DNA of 64,000 nt from a virus (IMGVR_UViG_2857089846_000001:60154-124153), one strand, 5' to 3'; positions 9,460 through 17,994 are shown, counted from the first letter of the stretch. The notes: generated by a model from the sequence alone, not told the origin. Program-made: numbers and translations.

Positions 9460-9486
9460 ACAGTGCAGGAGCGGGCGGCTTGTGTC
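9460..9486 (-). promoter_or_regulatory. Putative virion-gene promoter GACACAAG-N13-CACTGT
   Basis: -10 lies 8 nt before ATG 9451. Confidence 0.5.
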
Positions 9487-9498
9487 GCCCGCTCCTGC
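9465..9498. terminator. 13-bp perfect stem-loop
   Basis: GCAGGAGCGGGCG-8 nt-CGCCCGCTCCTGC downstream of the neck gene. Confidence 0.55.
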
Positions 9499-9502
9499 GA
9501 GC

Positions 9503-9519
9503 TGTTCCCCCGGGGAACA
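9503..9519. repeat. 17-bp palindrome, candidate parS (TGTTCCCCCGGGGAACA)
   Basis: Intergenic, perfect. Confidence 0.8.
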
Positions 9520-9520
9520 G

Positions 9521-10054
9521 TCAGCGGTGCCGTGCAGCGACGACCGCGGCGGCGCGGGCCATGTAGTAGGTGCCCTTCGCTTCGAGGTTCCCCGGGTAGA
9601 CCGTGCCGATCTCGGCCGGCACGACCCAATCTCCTTCGGCAACGACCTTCACGGTGACCGTGCTGCCCGCGACGACGGGCGGCAGGGTGCGGATGTTCCG
9701 GGAGATGCCGTCAGGGATGCTCCGGGTGTGGCAGCGGCAGTTCTTGATGTTGGCGACGGCACGGGAGGACTCATCCTTCGGGGCCTTCATGTACGTGAAC
9801 GGTCCGAGGCCGCGATGCTTGCGGTCCCAGTCCATCGAGTCGATCTTGAAGCGAAGGTTCGCGGGCACCTCCTGGTCGTGCGCGGCCACGTGGGTGGGGC
9901 GCACCTTGTCGTCCGCGACGGTGACCCACTTCTTCGTCGGCGGGGCGAACACCTTGGCCTGCCGCTCGACCTCGCGGGCGATCTCGTGGACTTTCGGGGC
10001 GATGAGTTGGGCCAGCTTCTCCTCAAGGCCCGGCTCGACGTGGAACCTCGCCAT
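9521..10054 (-). CDS. Neck/tail-completion protein with an inserted MuF-like segment
   Basis: 177 aa; AKVFAP ... EIGT..YMARA frame typical of HK97 gp10-like proteins; internal KKWVTVADDKVRPTH...NCRC. Confidence 0.6.
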   Translation of the reverse strand: MARFHVEPGLEEKLAQLIAPKVHEIAREVERQAKVFAPPTKKWVTVADDKVRPTHVAAHDQEVPANLRFKIDSMDWDRKHRGLGPFTYMKAPKDESSRAVANIKNCRCHTRSIPDGISRNIRTLPPVVAGSTVTVKVVAEGDWVVPAEIGTVYPGNLEAKGTYYMARAAAVVAARHR

Positions 10055-10383
10055 CACGGCGCCTCCGGCGGGTTGCGAGTGCCGACGACGGCGATGTAGT
10101 CGGCCGCGCCGTACCCGGGGACCCTCTTCAGCAGCGCGGTGACCACCGTCCACGTGAGAGTGCCGTCGCTGAGCACGTCACCGGGTTCGAGAGGCCACGC
10201 TGCGGGATCGACGCGCAGTGTCCACGAGCCGTCGGACTGCTCGTTCGCGGCGCCGGGCCACGTTCCGCGCGGTTCGGGGCGGGCGTCCGGCGGGGGCGGC
10301 ACGGGGACGCCGTGGGCGTCCCGGCCCCAGGGGTGGGCCAGGACATGCACGGTCAGGTCCCGGTCGGGCAGCACTACAGCCAT
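10054..10383 (-). CDS. Probable head closure (stopper) protein
   Basis: 109 aa, GRDAHGVP...GDVLSDG..WTV; position after the adaptor. Confidence 0.6.
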   Translation of the reverse strand: MAVVLPDRDLTVHVLAHPWGRDAHGVPVPPPPDARPEPRGTWPGAANEQSDGSWTLRVDPAAWPLEPGDVLSDGTLTWTVVTALLKRVPGYGAADYIAVVGTRNPPEAP

Positions 10384-10390
10384 GGCGGCC

Positions 10391-11257
10391 TCACCAGCGG
10401 CTGTAGCGGCGGCCGCGGCCGTACGGCCAGGGAACTGCCGGGACGACGGGGATGGGCCGGTAGAGGTACTTGCGGTACCCGGCCAGAGAGTTGAGCTCCG
10501 GCGGCGCGCCGGCCTGCCCGGCGGCTGGGGCTCCTTCGTAGCTGATCGACTGCCCCTCGGCGGAGACGGAGGTGACGCGCCGAGTTCCCTCGGTGGCAGA
10601 CGGCTTGTTGCGGATGCTCTCCGCCGCGTGCGTGACGATGTACCGGACGATGGGCTCCTCGGCCGCGCCGTCCAGGCCCACGAGCAGCTGCACGTCGTAC
10701 GTGCCGTCCAGGTTGTCGACATGGCTGACGACCGAGACCACGTCGTCCAGGTCGTGAATCGGCCACGCCTGCGCGTCGTCCAGGTCGTACCCGAACAGGG
10801 CATGGGCCCCGAGCAGGGTCCTCGGCTGGGGCACCACAGGCCGCCCGAGGTAGGTGACGACGTCGGCCTGAGCGTCGGTGATGGCGTCGCGGAAGGATTC
10901 ACGCTGCTGGGCAGTGAGCGGCAGAGGCACGCCGAGTTTGTCGGCGACTTGCTCGGCGGAAGCCAGCAGGCCGTTGCCACGCGGGAGGTCCACCTTGACC
11001 GTGCGGTCGGTGACGGGCGGGAGATCCTTGCCCGGAGTGAAGGTGACGGTGCACCAGTACCGGCCGTCAGGCAGGTTGTCCGGCAGGGCGAATCTGTAGA
11101 CCGTCGAGCGTTGCCGCACCGCCGGCCCGGCCGTTGCCGCGACCGTCCCGTTGCGGTCCGGGGTCGCATACAGGTCGATCCGGGAGACCTGCCCGCCATT
11201 CAGGCCCGGGTCGATCAGTGCGCCCCCGTAGATGGGCCGGTAGTCGTACACCGTCAC
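10391..11257 (-). CDS. Probable head-tail adaptor with N-terminal beta-rich extension
   Basis: 288 aa; LASAEQVADKLG, AITDAQADVVTYLGR, VTSVSAEGQSISY motifs. Confidence 0.7.
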   Translation of the reverse strand: MTVYDYRPIYGGALIDPGLNGGQVSRIDLYATPDRNGTVAATAGPAVRQRSTVYRFALPDNLPDGRYWCTVTFTPGKDLPPVTDRTVKVDLPRGNGLLASAEQVADKLGVPLPLTAQQRESFRDAITDAQADVVTYLGRPVVPQPRTLLGAHALFGYDLDDAQAWPIHDLDDVVSVVSHVDNLDGTYDVQLLVGLDGAAEEPIVRYIVTHAAESIRNKPSATEGTRRVTSVSAEGQSISYEGAPAAGQAGAPPELNSLAGYRKYLYRPIPVVPAVPWPYGRGRRYSRW

Positions 11258-11269
11258 CAGGAGCCTGCC

Positions 11270-11761
11270 TTACTCTGAGTCCGGGGCGGTGTGGAGCTGG
11301 TCCCGGAGCCGGTCGATGATCCGCTGTGCCTGGTGGCGCTGGAGCTCCGCGCCGACCGGGACGAGTAGGCGGCTCGCAGGAGTGTTGTAGGCGCCCATGC
11401 CGACGTGCTCGATCAGGCGCACGGTGCACCGGTAGCTGCTTCCGTGCGGCTGCACGGGGACGAACACGGCGTCCGGGTCGGCCGGGAGCTCCCCGGTGGC
11501 CTCGTCCACGATGCGGTCGGCGAGCTGCGCGGGAAGCAGCTGCTGCGGCGTGGTGATCGGAGCAGGCTCGGGTTCGGGCTCGGGCTCCGTGGGCGGCTCC
11601 AGCGGGGCGACGTCGGGCACCTTCGTCTCGGTGTCCGCGGGCGCAGCCTTGTCCTCCGTCGCTACCTCGGAGGTGATCTCGGGGGTCTCGGTCTGCGGCG
11701 CCTCGGGAGTCTTCTCCTCGGGGCCGGCCGCAGCGGTCTTGCGGGTGCGGGGTGTGGGCAC
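11270..11761 (-). CDS. Hypothetical phage protein
   Basis: 163 aa, Pro/Glu-rich N-terminus; RBS GGAGGA. Confidence 0.7.
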   Translation of the reverse strand: MPTPRTRKTAAAGPEEKTPEAPQTETPEITSEVATEDKAAPADTETKVPDVAPLEPPTEPEPEPEPAPITTPQQLLPAQLADRIVDEATGELPADPDAVFVPVQPHGSSYRCTVRLIEHVGMGAYNTPASRLLVPVGAELQRHQAQRIIDRLRDQLHTAPDSE

Positions 11762-11798
11762 AGGGTCCTCCTGCCGTTATCCGGGCGTTGGAGGAGAA

Positions 11799-11826
11799 AC
11801 CCTGTACCCCGGGCGCGCCTACTGTC
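11799..11826 (-). promoter_or_regulatory. Putative virion-gene promoter GACAGTAG-N14-CAGGGT
   Basis: Shared architecture. Confidence 0.5.
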
Positions 11827-11830
11827 CCGG

Positions 11831-12313
11831 TCAGACGTAGGTGAAGCCGCCGGTCTTGGTGACGGTGCCCACCTCGTCGCCGACGTTGACGTCCTTCGCG
11901 CCCGCCGACAGCGCGGGGGTGGTGACCTCGATGCGGGTGGCGGAATGGATCTTGAGGTTGGTGCCTGCGGTGGTGCCGAACTTGACGTCGGCGACACCGT
12001 CGAGGTTCGTACCGGTGATGGTGACGACCGTGCCGCCGGCGACGGGCCCGGTCGCCGGGGTGACGGTGGCGATGGTCGCCGGCGGGAACAGCTTGTCGAT
12101 CTGCGACTGCCGCAGGATCGCGCCGGCCCTGAACAGGATGGTCTTGATCGACCCTTCCGGTACGGCGTCGTTGGAGACGTTCGGGCGGTTGCCGATGTCG
12201 TGCGCCCGGGTGGAATAGACGTCCGCGGTGACCCGCATCTCGGGGTCGCTGGTGGCGGCGGCGGGGAAGCCCGCCTTGGTGATGCGGGCGCCTGCCGCGT
12301 TGTAGAGGCCCAT
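11831..12313 (-). CDS. IPT/TIG (Ig-like) domain protein, likely head decoration
   Basis: VTPATGPVAGGTVVTITGTNL...VKFG...FTY signature; RBS GAGGAGG. Confidence 0.85.
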   Translation of the reverse strand: MGLYNAAGARITKAGFPAAATSDPEMRVTADVYSTRAHDIGNRPNVSNDAVPEGSIKTILFRAGAILRQSQIDKLFPPATIATVTPATGPVAGGTVVTITGTNLDGVADVKFGTTAGTNLKIHSATRIEVTTPALSAGAKDVNVGDEVGTVTKTGGFTYV

Positions 12314-12346
12314 GAGGGATCTCCTCCTCGTGTGGTCGGGAGGAGA

Positions 12347-12374
12347 AGGTTGCCGGGCGGGCCGGGCTACGGTC
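12347..12374 (-). promoter_or_regulatory. Putative virion-gene promoter GACCGTAG-N14-CAACCT
   Basis: Shared architecture. Confidence 0.5.
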
Positions 12375-12380
12375 GCGGGC

Positions 12381-12794
12381 TCATGACCCGTACGCCACCT
12401 CGCAGTCCTGGCGGACGTACTTCGCCACTTCGGCTGTCTGTGCCAGGATCGCGTCGTCCTCGCTCACCCCCTTGAGCTTGATGTCGCGCGTGAGCGGAGG
12501 CAGGCCCTCCTGGTAGCGCTGCATGAAGCTCGCATACTCGGGGCTGCCGGGCTTGAAGTCGCGATCGAACTCGCGGGCCGAGTCGCGGCCCGTGTCGGCC
12601 ATCTCGCTGCCCACGGTCTGCCGCCAGCCCTGCACGATCCTCGCTGTGACCAGCGTCGTGCAGACCTGCGCGGCGCTGGTGTCCCGCTCGGCCGCCGCCG
12701 TCGGCGCATCCTCGTCCTGCGCCGGGCCGTCCTGGCACCCGACGACCAGCGCTCCGACCAGGACCACGACGGCCGTCAGCATCGCCTTGCGCAT
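12381..12794 (-). CDS. Putative lipoprotein
   Basis: MRKAMLTAVVVLVGALVVG-C lipobox; 137 aa; RBS GGAGG. Confidence 0.75.
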   Translation of the reverse strand: MRKAMLTAVVVLVGALVVGCQDGPAQDEDAPTAAAERDTSAAQVCTTLVTARIVQGWRQTVGSEMADTGRDSAREFDRDFKPGSPEYASFMQRYQEGLPPLTRDIKLKGVSEDDAILAQTAEVAKYVRQDCEVAYGS

Positions 12795-12874
12795 CTTGTC
12801 CGCCCTCCCCCGCGACGCCCCCCCGCGCCGCCAGGGCGTCATCATCCCCGTACTGCCCTGCCCGCGTACGCGGT

Positions 12875-14122
12875 TCACAGGATTCGCAGGTCGTCCCATC
12901 CGCTCGCCGTGACGGAGAAGACCAGCAGGCCGGGCTGGGACACCTCTCCGGAGCGCATGGCGTACCAGTCGGAGCCGTTGTCGAGAGTAGGAGCCTGCAC
13001 CCATAGCCTGCCGGCGCCGAGCTGCTGCGCGCGGAAGTGATGGAAGTGCCCCGAGACGAGGATCTTGGCGTCGGCGATGGGCTGGCGGCCGAACGTCTGC
13101 CCCTTCCACCAGTCCGGCGCCTTCTCCGGCCGGGCGTACTGGTGGCCGTGGGCGAGGCCGACGATCGTGCCGGCCATGTTGAGGCTGACGGTGTCGCGCC
13201 AGGTCTCGGGCATGGCGAAGGAGACGTGTCCGTAGGCGTCGGGGTTCATTCCGTACGCATCCGCGATCTGGCTGAGAACCTCGATCCCCCAGTCGTCCTG
13301 CGGTGGGCCCACGGGGTCCTTGCCGCGCCGGACCCGCCCGTGGTTGGAGCCGCAGGTCGCGGCGACAACGCGCGGGAAGGTGGTGGCGAGCCGATCCAGG
13401 CCCTCGAACGTCAACCGCCGGTGCACGCGCACCATCTGCGTGAGGGTCAAATCGTTGGTGAATGCCTGGCTTGCGACGTTCTCATACCCTTCGATGCAGT
13501 CGCCAGCGTCGAGCCAGTACGCCGAGTCCGGCGCGCGCCCGACCTTGCCAAGGTCGCGGAGGTGGTCCTCCAGGCGGTCGAAGCGTTCGGCGACCCGGGC
13601 CACGAGCTCCTTCGTGCCGCCGTCGCGCCCGACCTTCCCGGCCTGCGGGTCGGCGTACACCACGGCGAGGGCTCGCGCGGGCTGCTCGCCAGGAGTCCGG
13701 GGCTTGCGGCGGCGGCGCATCACATCCCGGATCAGGCTGTTGAGGTCTTCGGCGGACGCCCAACCGGGCACCGTCGGCTCGATCAGGTACCGGCAGCGCC
13801 ACACGGGCCGGGTTACCGCGTCCTCGCCCTGGGTGTCACGGTGCCAGGCGGCCGGGTCATGGCGGGCCTCCACGAGCCGCACCCGGTATCCGCCCGGTAC
13901 TGCCAGGCCCAGCTCCTCCACGCGGGCGCGCCACCCGCTTTCGTCCTTGGGCGGGGCGTCGGCGGCCGGAGCAGTGACGAGCATCGAGCCGCCCGGCTCG
14001 TACCGCACGCCGGGCTCCCAGCCCTTCGGCGCTGTGGCCGCGGGCCGGGTGATCTCCGGCGGGGTGCTCTGCTCGCCGGAGGCCGGCGAGAGCAGCGCGT
14101 CGAGGTGTTCTTCAAGGTTCAT
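12875..14122 (-). CDS. Calcineurin-like metallophosphoesterase
   Basis: ADPQAGK, AGDCIEG, SNHG, AHGH, SGHFHH motifs; ATGA overlap with the upstream gene. Confidence 0.85.
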   Translation of the reverse strand: MNLEEHLDALLSPASGEQSTPPEITRPAATAPKGWEPGVRYEPGGSMLVTAPAADAPPKDESGWRARVEELGLAVPGGYRVRLVEARHDPAAWHRDTQGEDAVTRPVWRCRYLIEPTVPGWASAEDLNSLIRDVMRRRRKPRTPGEQPARALAVVYADPQAGKVGRDGGTKELVARVAERFDRLEDHLRDLGKVGRAPDSAYWLDAGDCIEGYENVASQAFTNDLTLTQMVRVHRRLTFEGLDRLATTFPRVVAATCGSNHGRVRRGKDPVGPPQDDWGIEVLSQIADAYGMNPDAYGHVSFAMPETWRDTVSLNMAGTIVGLAHGHQYARPEKAPDWWKGQTFGRQPIADAKILVSGHFHHFRAQQLGAGRLWVQAPTLDNGSDWYAMRSGEVSQPGLLVFSVTASGWDDLRIL

Positions 14123-14388
14123 CGCGGGCACCTGCATCCGTTGGAGCCGCCGCGGCGGCGGTGCCGGGCGACGGCAGGAGCCCGCACCGGGTGCCCGCTG
14201 CCAGTGAGGGCGTCGGCGATCTGCGTGGCGCTGATGGCCGCCGTGTCGAGCACCTCGCAAACCTTCTTGGCCGCTGGCGGATCGAGCAGGTCGAGAATGG
14301 CCCCGACGGTGCACTGCGGACCGCGGGGGCCGGCGGGCTCCTCAACGAGCCTCGTGAGGGCCGTGATCAGCCCGTTCGTGTCTGCCAC
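14119..14388 (-). CDS. Small Cys/His protein (possible HTH/Zn), coupled to the phosphoesterase
   Basis: 89 aa; C..ISATQIADAL..VARHRRR..CRC. Confidence 0.7.
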   Translation of the reverse strand: MADTNGLITALTRLVEEPAGPRGPQCTVGAILDLLDPPAAKKVCEVLDTAAISATQIADALTGSGHPVRAPAVARHRRRGGSNGCRCPR

Positions 14389-14423
14389 GGCAGTCCTCGC
14401 TCTCTACAGGGATGCGGGGCCGG

Positions 14424-14451
14424 ACCGTATGGCCCGGCCCCGCGTTACGTC
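14424..14451 (-). promoter_or_regulatory. Putative virion-gene promoter GACGTAAC-N14-TACGGT
   Basis: Shared architecture. Confidence 0.55.
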
Positions 14452-14468
14452 TCCGCTCAGCTCGCCGA

Positions 14469-15779
14469 TCAGCCCGCCGGCGTGGTCCACGTGCCGATCA
14501 CGAAGGACTCCGGGCGGGAGACCTCCAGCGCCAGGCGCTCGTCGGCACGGAACGTGAGAACGCCCCGCTCGAAGTTGTCCGAGTTCTCCGAGGAGACGGT
14601 GACGGACACGTTCTCGCGGTCGTAGAGCTGCGCGCCCATCCCGAAGGAGCCGAGGAGGTACTTGCCGTCCGGCATCGCCGTGGTCTCCACGACGTTGAGC
14701 TTCCAGACCTTCTTCTGAGCACCGACCGCGACCTGAAGGGCGACACGGAACGCCCCGGTGTCGTCGGTCTCGACCTCGACCTGCTCCCACATCGTCGGGG
14801 AGATGACGACGCCCGTCGGCTCGTACTCGGCCAGGAGCGCCTTGGTCATCGCCCGGCGCATCTGGATCGAATACTTGTCGGACGACTGGCCCGTGTAGGT
14901 CTGTACGCCAGGCGTGTTGAACAGGCCGGTCAGGGACGTGCCGTCGGTACCGACCGAGTGCAGAAGGTCGACGTCTTCGGCGAACTTGATGCCCTCGATG
15001 AGCCGAGAGTTGATGAACTGCTTCAGCCGCGGCTCGTCGCTGAGGATGTTCTTGTGGCCGTCGATCATGTGCGCGATCTCGGCGATCGGGAACGCGACCG
15101 GCTCGAGCTTCAGCTTCGACCGCGGGGCCCGGCCGAACACGTCGGTGTCGGTGCCGGTCGGCGCGGATACGCCGTCGGCGGCCCGGCGCTCCGCGACCTG
15201 AGCCGCGTTGTTGACCCACCCGGTCTCGCGGATGCCGAGGAGTACCGCGTTCTTGGTCTTGGCCGCGGGGAACAGATCACGGATGTGCCACTTGCGGCGC
15301 TGCGCCTCAGTGATGCCGAGATCCTGGACGCCGCCGAGTGCCTGGTGGGTGTGGGTGCCGGCGGAGAGGCTGAAGATGCTCTTGCCCTCCATCTCGGCGC
15401 GGATGAACGGGCGGTCCTTGAAGTCGGCCGCGGCCGCGCGCTGGTAGGCGTCGGACTCCACGAACAGGTCACCGAGGCTCTTGACCTCCGGTCCGCCGGG
15501 CGTGGATCGGCCGTAGTGCTGCCCGGCTGTGGAACTGCCGTCGGGGGCGTCGAGGTAGCCGTTGAGGTTCTCGGCGCCCTGTGCGGCGTCGAGGAGCCCC
15601 TTGATCTCCTGGGCGTCCCGGACGGCCTTCACGTACGAGTTGCGCTGCTCGGGGGAGACGACGAATGCGCCGTTCTCCTCCTTGAAGGTGGAGGCGATGC
15701 GTTCGGCCTCCGCGGACTTCTCTGCGAGCTGGGTCTTGAGGGACCGGATGAGGCTCTTGTCGGTGCTGGCGGTAGCCAT
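14469..15779 (-). CDS. Major capsid protein (HK97 fold)
   Basis: ATG 15779; coiled-coil delta domain, EVKSLGDLFVES, IRDLFP, FERGVLTFRADERLALEVSRPESFV. Confidence 0.93.
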   Translation of the reverse strand: MATASTDKSLIRSLKTQLAEKSAEAERIASTFKEENGAFVVSPEQRNSYVKAVRDAQEIKGLLDAAQGAENLNGYLDAPDGSSTAGQHYGRSTPGGPEVKSLGDLFVESDAYQRAAAADFKDRPFIRAEMEGKSIFSLSAGTHTHQALGGVQDLGITEAQRRKWHIRDLFPAAKTKNAVLLGIRETGWVNNAAQVAERRAADGVSAPTGTDTDVFGRAPRSKLKLEPVAFPIAEIAHMIDGHKNILSDEPRLKQFINSRLIEGIKFAEDVDLLHSVGTDGTSLTGLFNTPGVQTYTGQSSDKYSIQMRRAMTKALLAEYEPTGVVISPTMWEQVEVETDDTGAFRVALQVAVGAQKKVWKLNVVETTAMPDGKYLLGSFGMGAQLYDRENVSVTVSSENSDNFERGVLTFRADERLALEVSRPESFVIGTWTTPAG

Positions 15780-15864
15780 GGTTGGTTGCACTCTCCTGTG
15801 CTGGATGGGCGATAGGCGTGCGTCGCTCGCCCGGCCAGCACCGGGACGCCTCAACGCGAGGCGC

Positions 15865-15892
15865 ATAGAAGATGAGTGCGTGTACTAACGTC
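15865..15892 (-). promoter_or_regulatory. Putative capsid promoter GACGTTAG-N14-TTCTAT
   Basis: Upstream box matches well; -10 deviates. Confidence 0.4.
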
Positions 15893-15934
15893 TCGGGCTC
15901 CCGGGCACGGAAGTGCGTGATCCCGAGAGCCCGA
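15893..15934. terminator. Imperfect stem-loop after the protease gene
   Basis: TCGGGCTC.CGGG...CCCG.GAGCCCGA. Confidence 0.4.
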
Positions 15935-15946
15935 CGTTTGTGCAGG

Positions 15947-17887
15947 TCAGAGGGCGAGGGTGGCGAGGGTGGCCTTGACTTCCTCGGCGTCCAGGTGCAC
16001 CTGGTCGGCGAGTTCGTCCTCCTCCGCGGCCAAGTCGTCGTCGGTGTCGGGCTCGTCGGTGTTCCCCGGGGGAACAGTCGGCACGGCGGAGCCGTCCATG
16101 TCCTCGTCGTCGTCCCAGCCGTCGGTGACGTCGTAGTCGTCGTCCCACAGGTCCAGGGACGAGCCGGACGGGGCAGGCTGCTGCTGGTCGGTCATGGGTA
16201 GGCCCTTCTTCGCGAGAGCAGTGAGCAGGTTGTCGATCTTCGGCTTCAGGTGCTGGAGGTGGGAGGGGCCCGCGTCGGAGACCTCGATCAGGGCCGTGGC
16301 GTCCGCCAGCGCCGCGGCGGTGGGCGTGATGTAGCGGGCTTCGATCTCCTCGTCGCCGTCCACGGCGAGGGTCTCGCCGGAGACGGGAACCGCCACGGTG
16401 GTCAGCTCGACCTCGGTCGGGACGCCGAGGTCGATGTCTCGGCCGGCCACGGTGTACGGGATCGAGTAGGTGACGCTGGCGGCGCCGTCCTCGTGCTTGG
16501 TGACGATGACGTGGTCGGCGTAGGTCGCCTCCACGCACACGTAGCAGTCGATCCTCTCCCCGTCCTTCCATAGGAGCCGGAGGGACTCGGCGAGGCGTGT
16601 GTGCAGCTGCTCGTAGGACAGGGGCATGGGGTGCATGGGTGCGGTCTCCGGGTCCGGGAGGGGTGAGGACTTCGCTTCGAGCACGATCTGCGCGGCGGAC
16701 TTGTGCTCGACTGCGCGGTCGTCCGGGCGCGCGGCTTCCAGCACGATCTGCGCAGCCGACTTCGCCTCAAAGGGGGCGGGCTCTGCCGCCTCCGTGGGCT
16801 CCGGCTGGCCGAGGGGGATGAACATGGTGTCCGGGCCGCGGACGACGTCGATCTGTGTGAAGGCGACGGGCGTGGCGGGGACGGGCGGGATATCGGGCAG
16901 GTCGTAGCCGAGGGTGACGTGCGGGGTGAACCCGTGGTCAGTGCGGAGCTGTTCCGAGTACACGGACGTGCTCAGGGTGTCCACGATGCGCTGCCGCAGC
17001 TCGGCGAGCCCGGGCACATCCACGGGCACCCACGTCGGCTCACCGTCGCCGTGATCAGGGAAGCGGCCGAGCCCTCCGATGCTGCCCTTCAGATGCGGGA
17101 TGCCGAGGACGGCTGGGGTGACGATGTCGCGCAGATCGTCCGGGTGGCCGCCGAGCTCGGCGACGTCGCCGAGGTACGCGAGCGTGATGTGCAGCTCCTC
17201 TGGAGCGGTGCCCTCGGGGTGGGCGATGGCGGCCGCGACGTCGCTCGGGAGACGCAGTGCGATCATCACGCCCCGGCCTGCCTGGGACTCGGCGGCCTTC
17301 AGCTCCACCGATGACCAGGTCGCCTTGCGTTCCAGATCGCTGCCGCCGGGACGAGATGCGGCAGCCTTGACCTCCAGGCTGCGGGTCATGGGGTGCGCGC
17401 CGTGCAGAACGGGGCTGATCTCGTACAGGTCGAGGTCGTGGATGATGCGTACGCCGTCGTGCCGCTTCGAGGCTCCGCCGGTGACGACCTTGTAGCCGAT
17501 GGAGAAGGCCGCTTCGCCGTTGTCGTGCCACTGCCGGACCTGCTCGTAGGTGTCGCGGCCGCGGCTGGTGCGCAGGTTGTACTGGACGGTGGCGACCAGG
17601 GCGCCGGCCTCGCGCGGCCACGCGACCCCGCCGGGGATGGTCGCGAACCGGGGATCGCCCGGCATCCACTCCTCGACCTCCAGGACGGTGCCGACAGGCT
17701 CCTTCCAGTCGTGGTGCCAAGCGGCCTTCACCCGCCGCGAGGCCAGGGTGCGGGTGAAGGCCCCGGGGATGATGAGGTCCTGGACCTCGTCCACGACGCC
17801 GGTTACGGCGTAGATCGCGCGGACGATGCCTTTACCCTGTTGGGCGCGGCGGGCAGCCGGCGTGTTCTGCGGCGGGGTTCGGGGCAC
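15947..17887 (-). CDS. HK97-type prohead protease fused to a 2H phosphoesterase and an acidic C-terminal region
   Basis: GTG 17887 after GGAGG. Protease motifs DLIIPGAF, WHHDW..PVG, FSIGY, LYEISPV; 2H motifs LHITLAYLG and FTPHVTLGY. Confidence 0.9.
   Translation of the reverse strand: MPRTPPQNTPAARRAQQGKGIVRAIYAVTGVVDEVQDLIIPGAFTRTLASRRVKAAWHHDWKEPVGTVLEVEEWMPGDPRFATIPGGVAWPREAGALVATVQYNLRTSRGRDTYEQVRQWHDNGEAAFSIGYKVVTGGASKRHDGVRIIHDLDLYEISPVLHGAHPMTRSLEVKAAASRPGGSDLERKATWSSVELKAAESQAGRGVMIALRLPSDVAAAIAHPEGTAPEELHITLAYLGDVAELGGHPDDLRDIVTPAVLGIPHLKGSIGGLGRFPDHGDGEPTWVPVDVPGLAELRQRIVDTLSTSVYSEQLRTDHGFTPHVTLGYDLPDIPPVPATPVAFTQIDVVRGPDTMFIPLGQPEPTEAAEPAPFEAKSAAQIVLEAARPDDRAVEHKSAAQIVLEAKSSPLPDPETAPMHPMPLSYEQLHTRLAESLRLLWKDGERIDCYVCVEATYADHVIVTKHEDGAASVTYSIPYTVAGRDIDLGVPTEVELTTVAVPVSGETLAVDGDEEIEARYITPTAAALADATALIEVSDAGPSHLQHLKPKIDNLLTALAKKGLPMTDQQQPAPSGSSLDLWDDDYDVTDGWDDDEDMDGSAVPTVPPGNTDEPDTDDDLAAEEDELADQVHLDAEEVKATLATLAL
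16060..16076. repeat. 17-bp palindrome, candidate parS (TGTTCCCCGGGGGAACA)
   Basis: Perfect, inside the acidic tail of the protease gene. Confidence 0.7.
16674..16762 (-). repeat. Intragenic duplication encoding KSAAQIVLEA twice
   Basis: Two ~29-bp near-identical copies 60 bp apart. Confidence 0.8.
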
Positions 17888-17924
17888 GGCGGTTTCCTCC
17901 TGGCGGGCTTCTCGGGCGTTGCGC

Positions 17925-17952
17925 ACCGTGCCCCCGCCGGGGGGTTAGCGTC
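17925..17952 (-). promoter_or_regulatory. Putative virion-gene promoter GACGCTAA-N14-CACGGT
   Basis: Shared architecture, upstream of the protease gene. Confidence 0.55.
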
Positions 17953-17994
17953 CTGCGCTGCGTACTGCGTCAAGCCGCGAAGCCGTGGGCCGGT

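Noticed and set aside
365-16076. TGTTCCCC...GGGGAAC as type I-E CRISPR repeats or solitary repeat units
   Set aside because: Copies are kilobases apart with no spacers and no cas genes. The 1-nt centre does not fit a crRNA hairpin, and four copies lie in CDSs.
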